Positions 39,701 through 49,132 of a DNA stretch of 64,000 nucleotides are shown in pieces. This stretch comes from a virus. Location of the stretch: IMG/VR virus record IMGVR_UViG_3300014720_000031, positions 2,881 through 66,880 of that record, one strand, 5' to 3'. Below the pieces are notes generated by a model. That model ran no database searches. It was not told where the DNA came from and worked only from the letters and a program-made list of their open reading frames with translations. The translations under genes and the position numbers were made by a program. How positions within the stretch are numbered: position 1 is the first letter of the stretch; the number at the start of each line of letters is the position of its first letter.

Positions 39701-41230
39701 AATTATACTGGTATAGATTCAGCAGTGTTTAATGACGTATTAACTCATAAAAGTTTAAGTGGATTTTGGCTGGCAATAGATGCGAAAGAAAGAACAGGTA
39801 ATAAATATACTTCTCAAGAATCATTATCTGCTTTACCATATAGTCAAAGTCATGGTTATCTAAAAGGTGATTTTTATAATTTACCACTGAATACGAGGGT
39901 TAATCTTAATAACGCACAAGCTATAATTACAAGTTCAAACAACGTACAAATAAGTATTCCAGAGCAAGGAGGTGTCCCAGCAGATGTAGGAAGCACATTT
40001 ATATTCTTTACAGATAAAGCAAATAGCACGGGTTTTCTAAAAGATGTAGAAATAAATAAATTTTTATTTAAACAAACTCGATTCGATGGATATAATTTTG
40101 TAAATGACATGTATAATAGTGGCATACAAATTAGAGAAGCATTTTATGATGGTTCTAGAGGATTTGCTACAAATGATGGTTTTACAAATACTAGCGCATC
40201 CGGAGCAATAATCAAAACAGGTTGGTTAGCGTTTAAAATGGCTACAAATTTTGAATCTATGTTGATTGATAGATATACTAAAGATTTTAGCGCTCCAAAT
40301 AATACTACTTATTCATCTGGACCAGTAAATACTCCTACTGGAATTAACTTTGGAAGATATCCAGCTGGCGTAACTGAAACATATATATGGGATAATAGTG
40401 GCGATATGAGAAATATTGCTAATAATTTATTATTCCTTTATCACCCATTCGCAAATCCTGTGCAAATCGGAAATGTTTTAGGAGGAGTTATAGACACTGG
40501 AGATTTAGACCGAGCAATAAAACAGACATTTAGAAGTTATAGTAATGGAGGATTTACTAATACTGGAGAATGGAGATTACAAGACGGAACGCTTAGATTA
40601 CAAAATACGCAACTTATTCTAAATAATGCCTCATATATGAATTTACGAGATACTGCTTACCTTAATGTAGGTGCAACAAATCAATCAGATACTAGTAGAA
40701 TTTATTTAAACAAAACTTCAATTGAAGCACTTTTCCATACACATATTTCTTTTACTGATGGGATTTCCGGATTTAATCTAACTTTTCCAAATTATACTAG
40801 TGGGGGATTAGGTAACGGTTCAGTTAATGCGAATTCTTTTGCTCCAAGAATAAATATTACAAGTGGAACATTAGAAATGCGAAGTGGATTTATTGGTGTA
40901 GATGACATTAATATTTTATTTTATAAAAAAAGCGGATTAACAATTCAAGGCGGAGTCGCTGGCGGATTAAGCGGAAAGACTTATGCTATGATTCGCGCAT
41001 CTACTGGAAGTGGATTACATATTTCTGGCAACTTAACAATAACTGGTGGAACAGGAGCATCTATAATTGCTCCAAGCGGATACTTGCACATGACTGGAAA
41101 TTTAGGAATTTCTGGAACTACAGTAATTTCTGCTACTGCTGGAACTGCGACTTTGCCAACGAATCCTAGGGGATTTTTAAATGTTAATATAAATAACTCT
41201 GGATTTAAAGTTCCATATTATAATATATAA
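36734..41230 (+). CDS. lambda gpJ-like central tail tip/host-specificity protein
   Basis: 'DLICEGPIDGL', 'W.GTFK...WTDNPAWC.YDLLTN.RYGLG', 'EPRFTCN', 'AFGCTS.GQA.R.GRW.L'. Confidence 0.9.
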   Translation: MKEKNKKYFKILKGSGGGGGGPPPCYPAPPPDPHTPKEAEEGIIKDGKKLSRTETEVTDLICEGPIDGLVEGSYRYVGRNGRVGWDSVTFTPYEGGARKFLRSVYWRNVPLLDEGGNFNYSDINFRYDKGDQTTATSLVSDLSGNPTPQASRTLSIGDILRYNPPGTEDFAKNYDFKSTNISSLIISIKIDGLFDQQNDPNKDRQTFNLGCGQSVKISQTLGDIRDRSISFTFQIYKLTTTGNVLVRNISASSSGKITSGFIDTWEVNLSGYFQPDEENHLGWRVKIRRTSKESTTLNLRDACSVHAITEIFREQYIYPKTAIFKSLFTTEYFDEVPPRSYDVKLLKVKVPSNYDPIKKTYTGDWNGTFKSNLEWTDNPAWCYYDLLTNKRYGLGKYIKDANVDKWNLYRIAQYCDTIISDGYGGLEPRFTCNALISDFADAFSLLNDMASIFRGMSYYANGSIFAIADIPNEPIVLFTNANVENGDFNYSSSSRKVRNTVAVIRYNDMSNFAKPVVEYVEDPDGVRKHGIRKLEITAFGCTSQGQAYRLGRWALASEQLETETVDFTAGLEALYIKPGDIIKIQDHNRILHRLAGRILNISIENGQHTFILDEEFSKLSSYFSSNYPGNAYKLEILTPTFRTTGNMYSDFVSSYNRTEIQSGVFNLSNLSPITGYDPDRVLTKINTNKLFDTSNYVLQTGTIWSMQTAGGNFNLNAQTELYRVIGLNEVEPNKYSINAIEHNPSKYLFAESGISFSDAPITNPIENTILEASYPISLSFSTFNNLYLRYTINRATTTTNYSTKFWKVYAKAGSNFTTTELSRQLVNQQGVTVFVPNDSFLVATISVSNANQSITEEFVPRVNNTTYYFRVYGLNDNGFYSRTFAQGTYSYSSHLLNDFTNLIELNSFSYSTTEQRTSTAVNLNGPNLFQGKSINYSWRINNLASALKIWTSDDLEYRLRFGTGTFNQNTAISNTLGIKTFSQNGTEFENYTGIDSAVFNDVLTHKSLSGFWLAIDAKERTGNKYTSQESLSALPYSQSHGYLKGDFYNLPLNTRVNLNNAQAIITSSNNVQISIPEQGGVPADVGSTFIFFTDKANSTGFLKDVEINKFLFKQTRFDGYNFVNDMYNSGIQIREAFYDGSRGFATNDGFTNTSASGAIIKTGWLAFKMATNFESMLIDRYTKDFSAPNNTTYSSGPVNTPTGINFGRYPAGVTETYIWDNSGDMRNIANNLLFLYHPFANPVQIGNVLGGVIDTGDLDRAIKQTFRSYSNGGFTNTGEWRLQDGTLRLQNTQLILNNASYMNLRDTAYLNVGATNQSDTSRIYLNKTSIEALFHTHISFTDGISGFNLTFPNYTSGGLGNGSVNANSFAPRINITSGTLEMRSGFIGVDDINILFYKKSGLTIQGGVAGGLSGKTYAMIRASTGSGLHISGNLTITGGTGASIIAPSGYLHMTGNLGISGTTVISATAGTATLPTNPRGFLNVNINNSGFKVPYYNI

Positions 41231-42034
41231 TTATTTTTTAATCTTTTTAATTCTTTCTATTAGCTCAAATATTTTTGATTTTGGAATATCTTGAATACAA
41301 TTTAAACTTTCTGCATTTTCAAATTTCTCTTTCAAAAGTTTTTCTTTTAAAAGATCAAAAGAGATATTTTTATCTTTCATTACTTTCTCCAGAAGATTCT
41401 GTGGAGATGTTGGATTTTCTTGTTGGATATTTTCATCAATAAGTTTAGCGTCTCCAAGTTCTTCTTGTGATACAATATTGATTTTCAAAAAATTTCTTAC
41501 GCATCTAACAAAAGCTCTATTTTCAGCAATTGCAGCTAAAAAGAATCTGGCAAAAGATTTTGTATTATTATGAGTAGCGTCTGCTAGTGCTTCAAAAATT
41601 ATCTCTTGCCCATTAGTTTCATAATTTGGTAACCATGTTATTCTGCAACTCGTGGCAAAATAAGTTTCTGATGCTGCTACAACTTTATATTCAACCTTAG
41701 CATAACCTCTGATTTGAGCAAGCTCTTTAATTCCACCAAGCAGTATTAAAAGATCTTTATCTTCTAGCTTTGTAACGTCAGTCTCTTGCGTCTTTTGACG
41801 ATTTGGAACAAGATATTCTGTTTTAACCATTTTACGCCAGTTTATGGTACCATCTTCATTATATACATAATTTATATTTTTATTTTCGACTAGACCATAT
41901 TTATTTCTAGTTATAAGAGATGGAGGTATTTGCATGGTATTTATATCAAAATTTAAAGTATTATCTTCAATTATTGATTTTAATTCGGAACTGCCTATCG
42001 AAACCGTATCGTTTTTATCTATTTTTAATGCCAT
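41231..42034 (-). CDS. putative Rad52/Redbeta-like single-strand annealing protein
   Basis: 'GIKELA', 'AIAENRAFVRCVR..L.I...SQEEL' pattern; located in the replication module. Confidence 0.5.
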   Translation of the reverse strand: MALKIDKNDTVSIGSSELKSIIEDNTLNFDINTMQIPPSLITRNKYGLVENKNINYVYNEDGTINWRKMVKTEYLVPNRQKTQETDVTKLEDKDLLILLGGIKELAQIRGYAKVEYKVVAASETYFATSCRITWLPNYETNGQEIIFEALADATHNNTKSFARFFLAAIAENRAFVRCVRNFLKINIVSQEELGDAKLIDENIQQENPTSPQNLLEKVMKDKNISFDLLKEKLLKEKFENAESLNCIQDIPKSKIFELIERIKKIKK

Positions 42035-42040
42035 TCTATA

Positions 42041-42069
42041 ATCGTACTATAAATAATTAGTTTAGTCAA
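42041..42069 (-). promoter_or_regulatory. sigma70-type promoter (leaderless)
   Basis: TTGACT-17-TACGAT, 6 nt before ATG 42034. Confidence 0.6.
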
Positions 42070-43216
42070 TCAAAAAAGCATAGCTATCTGCATGCCTCCA
42101 AAATATTTCGTCATCAATAACTTGTTGTATATTTTCATTAAAATCTTTAATAGGTTTTTTATCTTTTAAGGCCGCTTCACTTATGTATATTTTATTATTA
42201 CTTAATATATATCTATTACTTTTATAATATTTACTTTCTGGTATATCGCTCTTCGTCTTAAATGATAATCTTGTAATTAATCCTAAATCCATATAGTCCA
42301 TTTTTAATTTATTAATTTTTTCTTCAGATAAATATGAGGCCATAATAAAATTTATATTCTGTAATTTTAAATAAGTAGGAAATGCGGGATCATTGTCATC
42401 TTCTATTTTATAAAAGACTTGAATTATATTTTTTCTATATTTAGATAATATTTCTTCAGAAATGCTTCTATTTGTTACTATAATACATTTACCAAGTTGT
42501 AATTGTCTTTCTAGGGTTTGTTCATTAAATTCAATATCCATTCTAACTATCATATTATCTAAATTTAAAGATGCTGGATTAACTACGCTATTTGGAACAA
42601 TTTCTATAGTTTTTTGATTAAAGTTGGAACCAATCCATGTATATTTATATTTAAGATTTGATTTGATATTTAATTTATTTAAAATTTCTTGAGCAATTTT
42701 ATCTGGTTTAATATCATTAACTGTCTTAGGGTTTTCTACTGGAAAATAAGAAGGCTTGTCATTTTCATTAAATGCTTGAATTAAACTTACATCTTTTTTA
42801 TCACTCCAATATGGATTACCTTGAGAAGGATATATTGTGCTGTATAAACCTACTATTTTTTTATTTAAATGAGAAGCCATCTGAAGATTAAGTCCAGGAT
42901 AACCTATATATAATAAACTGTTATTAATAATATAAGCCTTTTGATTAAAATTTAATCCAATTATAGAATAAGCATTTATAATCTTATAATCATTTTGATT
43001 GCAAAATTGTAATACTTTAATATTCTTTTCTAGTAGTTGTTCGCTAATTAGATTGACTACTTCTTGCCAGTAATCATAGTTCTTGGCTTGGCATTTATTA
43101 TCGTGTGAATCTATTATAATATAATTATCAATATCTGTAGGATAATATTTTTGATATATATAGGGCTTTGATATTTTAAGACCGCAAGACAAAGCGAATG
43201 ATTCTAGCGTATGCAT
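42062..43216 (-). CDS. GT9-like glycosyltransferase C-terminal lobe plus unknown domain
   Basis: 'AKNYDYWQEVV', 'AYIINNSLLYIG...QMASHLNKKIVGLYS'. Confidence 0.55.
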   Translation of the reverse strand: MHTLESFALSCGLKISKPYIYQKYYPTDIDNYIIIDSHDNKCQAKNYDYWQEVVNLISEQLLEKNIKVLQFCNQNDYKIINAYSIIGLNFNQKAYIINNSLLYIGYPGLNLQMASHLNKKIVGLYSTIYPSQGNPYWSDKKDVSLIQAFNENDKPSYFPVENPKTVNDIKPDKIAQEILNKLNIKSNLKYKYTWIGSNFNQKTIEIVPNSVVNPASLNLDNMIVRMDIEFNEQTLERQLQLGKCIIVTNRSISEEILSKYRKNIIQVFYKIEDDNDPAFPTYLKLQNINFIMASYLSEEKINKLKMDYMDLGLITRLSFKTKSDIPESKYYKSNRYILSNNKIYISEAALKDKKPIKDFNENIQQVIDDEIFWRHADSYAFLID

Positions 43217-43222
43217 TTAATT

Positions 43223-43251
43223 ATTCTAAAAGTTTTTAATGTCAAATTCAA
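43223..43251 (-). promoter_or_regulatory. sigma70-type promoter (leaderless)
   Basis: TTGAAT-17-TAGAAT, 6 nt before ATG 43216. Confidence 0.5.
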
Positions 43252-45148
43252 TTTTATCTTTTCCATTATGGAGATATGTAAGTACTTTCTGTGTTCCTAC
43301 ATATGGTATAAAGGCTATATCAAAATATCCTGGACTATATTTATTTCCCTCGCACCATATTTGATTTTCCATTTGAGGCATAAATGGTATTACTTTATCA
43401 ACGTAAGGATTTCCATCTAGAACTTCAAAATATTCTGGTTTTGTAGCTACATATAACACATGGTTTGGATAATTCTTTTTTATAGAACTAAAAAGGCTTG
43501 TACTTAAAAATACATCATTTTCATCTTCTGGTATTACATATAATATTCTTCTGCCAGAATCATCTTTATTCAAGAAATCTTCAAATTTAATTTTTTTATT
43601 TTTTTGATTTTCTTGCCAAGCCACCTGTTTAAAATAGTTTTCTATGTCCTGTCTTTTCATCCCTTTAGATAATTCTTGCATCCAATATTTATGCCCATCA
43701 TCATTTTCATCTACATCTGGTCTTTTTAATATATTTGCATATAAACATTTTATCCACTCTGAGTTATCGTCTATATTTGGCACTTTAAAGAAAGGGTCTT
43801 GCTCTTCTGGTTCTATAGAAAAATTTTTATAATCTATAAATTCTGCATTATCTATAAACTCTTCAAATTTTTTTCCTATGATTTCTGAAGAATAATTATC
43901 TATAGTCCATTGTCTGGCGTTTTTACCCATTTCAATTCTTTTTTGAATTGGCATTTTCCATACTTTTTGTAATTGTTTTGCTATTGAATTTGGAGAGGTC
44001 GAAGCTTTTCTAAACTCTGTTCCGTGTTCTCTATATTCTGCCCACTCCAATGGGAGCGAGAAAGCTTCTTCTTCGCACATTTCTTCGCCACATGAATAGT
44101 TCGTCACAAGAGTTATAAGCTCGGTTAACTTTGCTTCTTGAATTGGTATTTCTTGGCCACCACTAGTAAATGGATGACAATATACATCCATTATATTATA
44201 TACTTCATTTAATTGTTTTTCTGATACGCCTAAGCCAACGTTAGTTGTTATTTGGCCTTTTTCATTTTCACAAAATTTACATTTTATATCTTGGCCGATA
44301 AAATTTTTAACTTCATAATTTCCACAGGATTTACAAACGTAGGTCGTCAATATTTCATTCTTAGGGATGCCATATTCTTCGGCTAGTTTATAAATATTCC
44401 ATCCTTCTCCCCAGTGAGTATGCAAAAGCAAAAATGTGTTTTTTACTTCTGGATTTCTATTCTTCCATAATGCATATCCTTCTAATAAATTAGGCACGCT
44501 TTTTCTCAATTGATTTCTAAATACAAATCCAACAATAAATGCATTTAAAGGTATATTAAAATTTATTCTTAAATTTTTTCTTTTTTCAATATCTAATTTA
44601 AAAAAATTAGTAACATCTAGTGGGCCGTGCATAGTTTTTACGTTCGAATGCCCAATGTCATTTAAAGCTTTTGTAGCAAAGTTACTCCATATCCAATAAT
44701 TTTTCAACTTTGGAGCGCATTTAATTGCAGATGGTAATATTGGAAGTGAATCTAAAGTCGTCCATATACAGGAAGTTATTTTCTTAAACCATGGCTTATC
44801 TATGCTGTAATCTACACCCCAAATATCTTGAACAGCTATATAAACATCTGGCTTTTCCTCTTGAATAACTTTATCAATGTTATATGCTCCATAACTAGCC
44901 ATTCTAGATTGATTAGGATCTTTATTGAGCTGCTCTATCTCCTGTGGTGAGGAAGGAAGTGACCCTATAGATTTCCAAGGGGTTTTTTGAAGTTCTGGAT
45001 TATTTTCCTGCATCCCACAACAATAGTGGGATATATCGTATTTATTAGTTTTATATAAATAAGTTAGAAGTGCCTTAGATACCCTACCAAAACCTGTTTT
45101 GGCTAAAGCAAAATCAGAATGATATAATAATTTTTTTTTTCTAGACAT
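43226..45148 (-). CDS. GT4 glycosyltransferase fused to a DUF4214-like domain and a GT9 N-terminal lobe
   Basis: 'TGFGRV', 'RNQLRK', 'YNIMDVYCHP..SGG.EIPIQEA', CxxC...CxxC insert, 'R..D..G.KYW', 'DVFLSTSLF..IKKNYP...GNPYVDKVI'. Confidence 0.75.
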   Translation of the reverse strand: MSRKKKLLYHSDFALAKTGFGRVSKALLTYLYKTNKYDISHYCCGMQENNPELQKTPWKSIGSLPSSPQEIEQLNKDPNQSRMASYGAYNIDKVIQEEKPDVYIAVQDIWGVDYSIDKPWFKKITSCIWTTLDSLPILPSAIKCAPKLKNYWIWSNFATKALNDIGHSNVKTMHGPLDVTNFFKLDIEKRKNLRINFNIPLNAFIVGFVFRNQLRKSVPNLLEGYALWKNRNPEVKNTFLLLHTHWGEGWNIYKLAEEYGIPKNEILTTYVCKSCGNYEVKNFIGQDIKCKFCENEKGQITTNVGLGVSEKQLNEVYNIMDVYCHPFTSGGQEIPIQEAKLTELITLVTNYSCGEEMCEEEAFSLPLEWAEYREHGTEFRKASTSPNSIAKQLQKVWKMPIQKRIEMGKNARQWTIDNYSSEIIGKKFEEFIDNAEFIDYKNFSIEPEEQDPFFKVPNIDDNSEWIKCLYANILKRPDVDENDDGHKYWMQELSKGMKRQDIENYFKQVAWQENQKNKKIKFEDFLNKDDSGRRILYVIPEDENDVFLSTSLFSSIKKNYPNHVLYVATKPEYFEVLDGNPYVDKVIPFMPQMENQIWCEGNKYSPGYFDIAFIPYVGTQKVLTYLHNGKDKIEFDIKNF

Positions 45149-45690
45149 TACCAGAGTTCGCCATCATTGTCTTTATCATCAGTTTCTACTTCAACTTCTT
45201 TTTTATTATTTTTAATTTTTTTTATAGCCTCTATTCTTTGCGCTTCAAAAACAGAGTTAAGTGCATAAGATAGAAATTCTTTTATTAATCTTGCCTCACT
45301 AAAATAAAAGCCTATTAAATATCCTTGTTTGTTTTCACTATTTTCCTTGCTTTCTTTATTAACTGTATAAGAAAAACCTACTTGATTATTATCTTTAATA
45401 TATGGAGAAAGCTTTATCCTTGTGATCTGCTTATCGGAAGTATGATAAGCTGTAAATTCAGAATTTCTTTCTAATGCGTCTAGTATACCAGCGGTTTCTG
45501 TTAAAGAGAATTTAATTTTAACGCTTTTTGTTGGATTATTTTGATTTTCAGAGAAAGAACCAATTTTTTTAGATTCATTCCAAGAATGCTGTTTAATTAA
45601 TGAGCTCCATATCGAGCCATCTTTAGTATTTACTGTAAAGCTACATGCCGTACCTGAATTTTTGCTATTTGGTTTATAAAATGATATCAT
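45148..45690 (-). CDS. putative Whirly/PC4-fold single-stranded DNA-binding protein
   Basis: Duplicated beta4-alpha pattern ('FSLTE..GI', 'F..SEA.LI'); acidic tail ending in W. Confidence 0.5.
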   Translation of the reverse strand: MISFYKPNSKNSGTACSFTVNTKDGSIWSSLIKQHSWNESKKIGSFSENQNNPTKSVKIKFSLTETAGILDALERNSEFTAYHTSDKQITRIKLSPYIKDNNQVGFSYTVNKESKENSENKQGYLIGFYFSEARLIKEFLSYALNSVFEAQRIEAIKKIKNNKKEVEVETDDKDNDGELW

Positions 45691-45697
45691 AATATTG

Positions 45698-45726
45698 ATA
45701 TTAACTTATTTTTATAGAAATGTCAA
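45698..45726 (-). promoter_or_regulatory. sigma70-type promoter (leaderless)
   Basis: TTGACA-17-TAATAT, 7 nt before ATG 45690. Confidence 0.6.
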
Positions 45727-48290
45727 ATGTTTTTAATTTCGCTTAATTTCATATAAATATCTTGGTCTTGTACAGCTATAAGATCAGCAAATATACAATC
45801 TTCTTTTTTAATACCTTTAACTATCACTATATTTTCTATGTCTGGCATTTTATTGCCATTTAAAACCTTACAATTATCAATTTTATCATTAAATAAAAGT
45901 ACTGTGGCTTCTCCAGTTTCGTCTGCTATTTTTAATCTAAAATACTTAGTCTTCTTTTCGCTCTTTGATATTCCGGAATAAGTATCGACTATTTCTCCAA
46001 CAAAGGATATTTTTGTATTTATTTCTAATTCAGATATTTCTCTTAAAGATCTTAAATCTGATTTTTTTTCTCTAAAAATATCTATAAGTGTTTTTTCATA
46101 AGTATATCCTAAAAGCCTCTTTTCATAGAACCAATTTGCAAAGCTTTCGCTTTTGCTATTTTGATTATATATTTTTAAATATGGTTCATATTTATTTTTT
46201 ATTGTTTCAAGCCTAGATTGCTTTATTATAACTTTGCTTTTTTCATCTTTGAATTCATTTAAATGTTTTATAATTTTAATTAAATCAAAATCAAATTTTT
46301 CTCCGAATGATATAGCGTATTTTTTTTCTTTAATGTTTAATATATTCCATAGCTGGGCTTCTAATACGACTTTGCTTCTAGACTGTTTAAAGCCTGTAAG
46401 GGCTCCTGCTTGTATAAGCGAACATAAAACTCCAATATTTAATCCAGATTCTTCTGCTGCTTGAAAGATTTCAAATTTATTAGAATATTTGTTTCTAAAA
46501 CTATTTAATTTTTCTATAGATTTATCTGAGATGCCTTTAACAGAAAGTAGTCCAAATCTAATGTCTTGATTTTCTATTGAAAAATCCATATCAGACTTTA
46601 TAATATGTGGTCTTAGTAATTTTATATTAAATTCTGACATTTCTTTTTGTATTTTAGATATTTCGCCTATAGGGTTTGGCTCATTCCTAGTCATTTTTAA
46701 AAGCGAAAGAAAGAATTGTTGAGGATAATTAAATTTAAGATAAACAGTAATTGCAGCAAGCGCAGCATAAGCTATAGAATGGGATTTATTAAAAGAATAA
46801 TTTGCAGAATCTTCTAAAATTTTCCATAAGATCTCTCCTACTTCTTTTGGTATTTTACTCTCTTGACATTTTTCTTTAATTTTATTTTGCCATTCTTTAA
46901 TCTCTTCGACCTTCTTTTTCCCTACGATTCTTCTTAGAATTTCTGCTTCATCAAGAGTAAATCCTATTTTATTCGCCATTTGCATGAGCTGTTCTTGATA
47001 TAAAGCTACGCCACCCGTCTCCTTTAAAATATTATCAAAAAATGGATGAATTGTTTCGTATTCATTATAGTTTGTGTGTTTAGCGTATTTGTCAACAAAT
47101 TGTAATGCTCCTGGCCTTGCCAAGGCTAATACTCCACTAAGCTCTTCTAGATTTTTAGGTTTTACTTTTTGACAAACTTTAAAATTTGTTTCTGCTTCAA
47201 TTTGAAAAAGCCCATGAGGATTTTTTAAATCTTGTAAATTTCTATATATAGATTCATCATTTAGATTTATATCATTAATTTTTATGCCTATGTTTTTACA
47301 AACATCATCTACTACTGATACGCTTCTTAAGCCTAAGATGTCTAGTTTAATATTAAATAAACTTATCCAACTCATATCAAAACTTGACACAGATTCTTTA
47401 TCTGAAGATAGTTCTGTTGGACATGAATTAATTAACTGTTCATGAGATAGTAATACTCCAGATGGGTGTACGCCTTTGTTTTTTACTAAATTTCTTAATT
47501 TCAAAGCCGTTTCATAAATCTCTTTATTGGCGTCACACCAATCTTTAAATCTAGAAACTTCATTATAAGTCTCTTCTATGTCTTTCACCTGGCCAAAGAT
47601 TTTAGGTATCAATGAAGATATTTCGGTCATTTCTTGCTCGGTCTTTTCTCCTATAATTTTACCACATTCTTTTATTAAAAGTTTGCCACTCAAAGTATTT
47701 AAAGTAAGAATTTTACTAGTCTTACCTTTAAATTCTTCTTCCAAATATTGTAAGACTTTGTGTCTATTATAATAACATATATCTAAATCAACATCGCACA
47801 TTAATGTTCCGTCTAGGTAAATATTTCCATCAATAATTTGTTTTTTGGCTCTAATCTTCGATATAAACCTTTCAAAGTATAAGTTGTATTTTACTGGGTC
47901 TATCTGCGTTACTCCTATTAGAAATAATATTAAAGATCCTGCCGCAGAACCTCTTCCAAGACCAACTGGTATATTATTTTTATTACAAAAATTTATTACG
48001 CTCCAAACCAGTATAATATAATCTATAAAAGCTAACTCTTTTAAAGTTTCTAATTCATGTTTAGCGCGATCTATATATCTTTTGTATTCTTGAGAATCTT
48101 TTTTTAAATTAAGTTTCTTAAACCCTTGCAGAGATAATGCCCTTAAGAATTCGTAATTTGATACATCTTCACTTATGCCTAATTCATGCTTATAAGAATT
48201 ATCAATTTTAAACTCTGGTAGTCTTACCCCGTGCAGAGGCAAATCTATGTTTTTAAAATTTTTGCCAAAATCTTTAATTTCCAAAGTCAC
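45723..48290 (-). CDS. dnaE: DNA polymerase III alpha core lacking the PHP domain
   Basis: 'GRGSAAGSL', 'FERF', 'DVDLD', 'HPSGV', 'KLDILGL', 'LFQ.E', 'YQEQ.M', 'YSFNKSH..AY', C-terminal OB fold. Confidence 0.92.
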   Translation of the reverse strand: MTLEIKDFGKNFKNIDLPLHGVRLPEFKIDNSYKHELGISEDVSNYEFLRALSLQGFKKLNLKKDSQEYKRYIDRAKHELETLKELAFIDYIILVWSVINFCNKNNIPVGLGRGSAAGSLILFLIGVTQIDPVKYNLYFERFISKIRAKKQIIDGNIYLDGTLMCDVDLDICYYNRHKVLQYLEEEFKGKTSKILTLNTLSGKLLIKECGKIIGEKTEQEMTEISSLIPKIFGQVKDIEETYNEVSRFKDWCDANKEIYETALKLRNLVKNKGVHPSGVLLSHEQLINSCPTELSSDKESVSSFDMSWISLFNIKLDILGLRSVSVVDDVCKNIGIKINDINLNDESIYRNLQDLKNPHGLFQIEAETNFKVCQKVKPKNLEELSGVLALARPGALQFVDKYAKHTNYNEYETIHPFFDNILKETGGVALYQEQLMQMANKIGFTLDEAEILRRIVGKKKVEEIKEWQNKIKEKCQESKIPKEVGEILWKILEDSANYSFNKSHSIAYAALAAITVYLKFNYPQQFFLSLLKMTRNEPNPIGEISKIQKEMSEFNIKLLRPHIIKSDMDFSIENQDIRFGLLSVKGISDKSIEKLNSFRNKYSNKFEIFQAAEESGLNIGVLCSLIQAGALTGFKQSRSKVVLEAQLWNILNIKEKKYAISFGEKFDFDLIKIIKHLNEFKDEKSKVIIKQSRLETIKNKYEPYLKIYNQNSKSESFANWFYEKRLLGYTYEKTLIDIFREKKSDLRSLREISELEINTKISFVGEIVDTYSGISKSEKKTKYFRLKIADETGEATVLLFNDKIDNCKVLNGNKMPDIENIVIVKGIKKEDCIFADLIAVQDQDIYMKLSEIKNI

Positions 48291-48492
48291 CGTTGTCCTC
48301 CATTTTGTCTACTTCTTTATTAAAGACATCTAATCCTTTAGCTAAAATTCTCATGGAATTTCTGTCTTTTAAGGAATAAAAGACATCCGCTTTACCATTC
48401 TTTTTGCCTTTTTGTATCGTAATTAAAAGATATTCTATATTAGAATCTTCTAATTTTTGCGTCATATCATAAATATCATCTAAAGATGCCAT
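48274..48492 (-). CDS. hypothetical protein
   Basis: 72 aa between the exonuclease and DnaE core genes. Confidence 0.55.
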   Translation of the reverse strand: MASLDDIYDMTQKLEDSNIEYLLITIQKGKKNGKADVFYSLKDRNSMRILAKGLDVFNKEVDKMEDNGDFGN

Positions 48493-48493
48493 A

Positions 48494-49132
48494 TTAAATT
48501 TCTACCTGCCATTTCAATTTATTCCACACTTTTAAGTTTAAGTCAAGATCATTTAAAGCGTCATGGAGCTTTTCATAATCATGTTCAATTTCAAATTCTT
48601 TTCCAAGAGTCGATAGACTGCTTTTAACATCTCTTCTTTTAGTGTGATAAATTTTATATTGATATTCTAGTAGATTTTCGTTTGGTTTATATGGCGTTCC
48701 GTATTTAATACCTCTTGCAATACAATTTGTGTCAATAATTTTATTCATCAAATGATCCCAATGACAACCCATGTGTTCATATAATTCTTTAATTAAGAAA
48801 ATATCAAAGCCTAGAATATTGTGGCCAACTATATAATCAGCATGATCTAGCCAGTCTTTAACAGTCGGAAAAGAGTCTTTTATATTAAGACCTTCCTTTT
48901 CAACCTTCTTGTGATCATATCTTGTTATTCTTGCTGCCTCCTGGCTTATTTTTAAATCTGTATCCCATTTTATATAATAATTTTTACTATCAGTTTTGAT
49001 ATCTCCATTAGCTTTTACTAAACCAATCTGCCAAGGTAAGTTATGACAAAAGTTTAAACAAAGATTGAAACTTTCCATATCAATAAATACAAATTTGTTT
49101 TGTTTATTAAATCTTAAAAGATGTTCTTGCAT
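48494..49132 (-). CDS. DEDDh 3'-5' exonuclease (Pol III epsilon-like)
   Basis: 'FIDMES', 'VGHNILGFD', 'IIDT', 'LHDALND'. Confidence 0.85.
   Translation of the reverse strand: MQEHLLRFNKQNKFVFIDMESFNLCLNFCHNLPWQIGLVKANGDIKTDSKNYYIKWDTDLKISQEAARITRYDHKKVEKEGLNIKDSFPTVKDWLDHADYIVGHNILGFDIFLIKELYEHMGCHWDHLMNKIIDTNCIARGIKYGTPYKPNENLLEYQYKIYHTKRRDVKSSLSTLGKEFEIEHDYEKLHDALNDLDLNLKVWNKLKWQVEI

Noticed and set aside
26255-41230. Diversity-generating retroelement or invertible tail-fibre cassette
   Set aside because: No reverse transcriptase, invertase, or template/variable repeat pair was seen.
43214-43228. TAG readthrough or stop-codon reassignment fusing the two GT genes
   Set aside because: A second in-frame TAA follows. 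Genes throughout the window are intact under the standard code.
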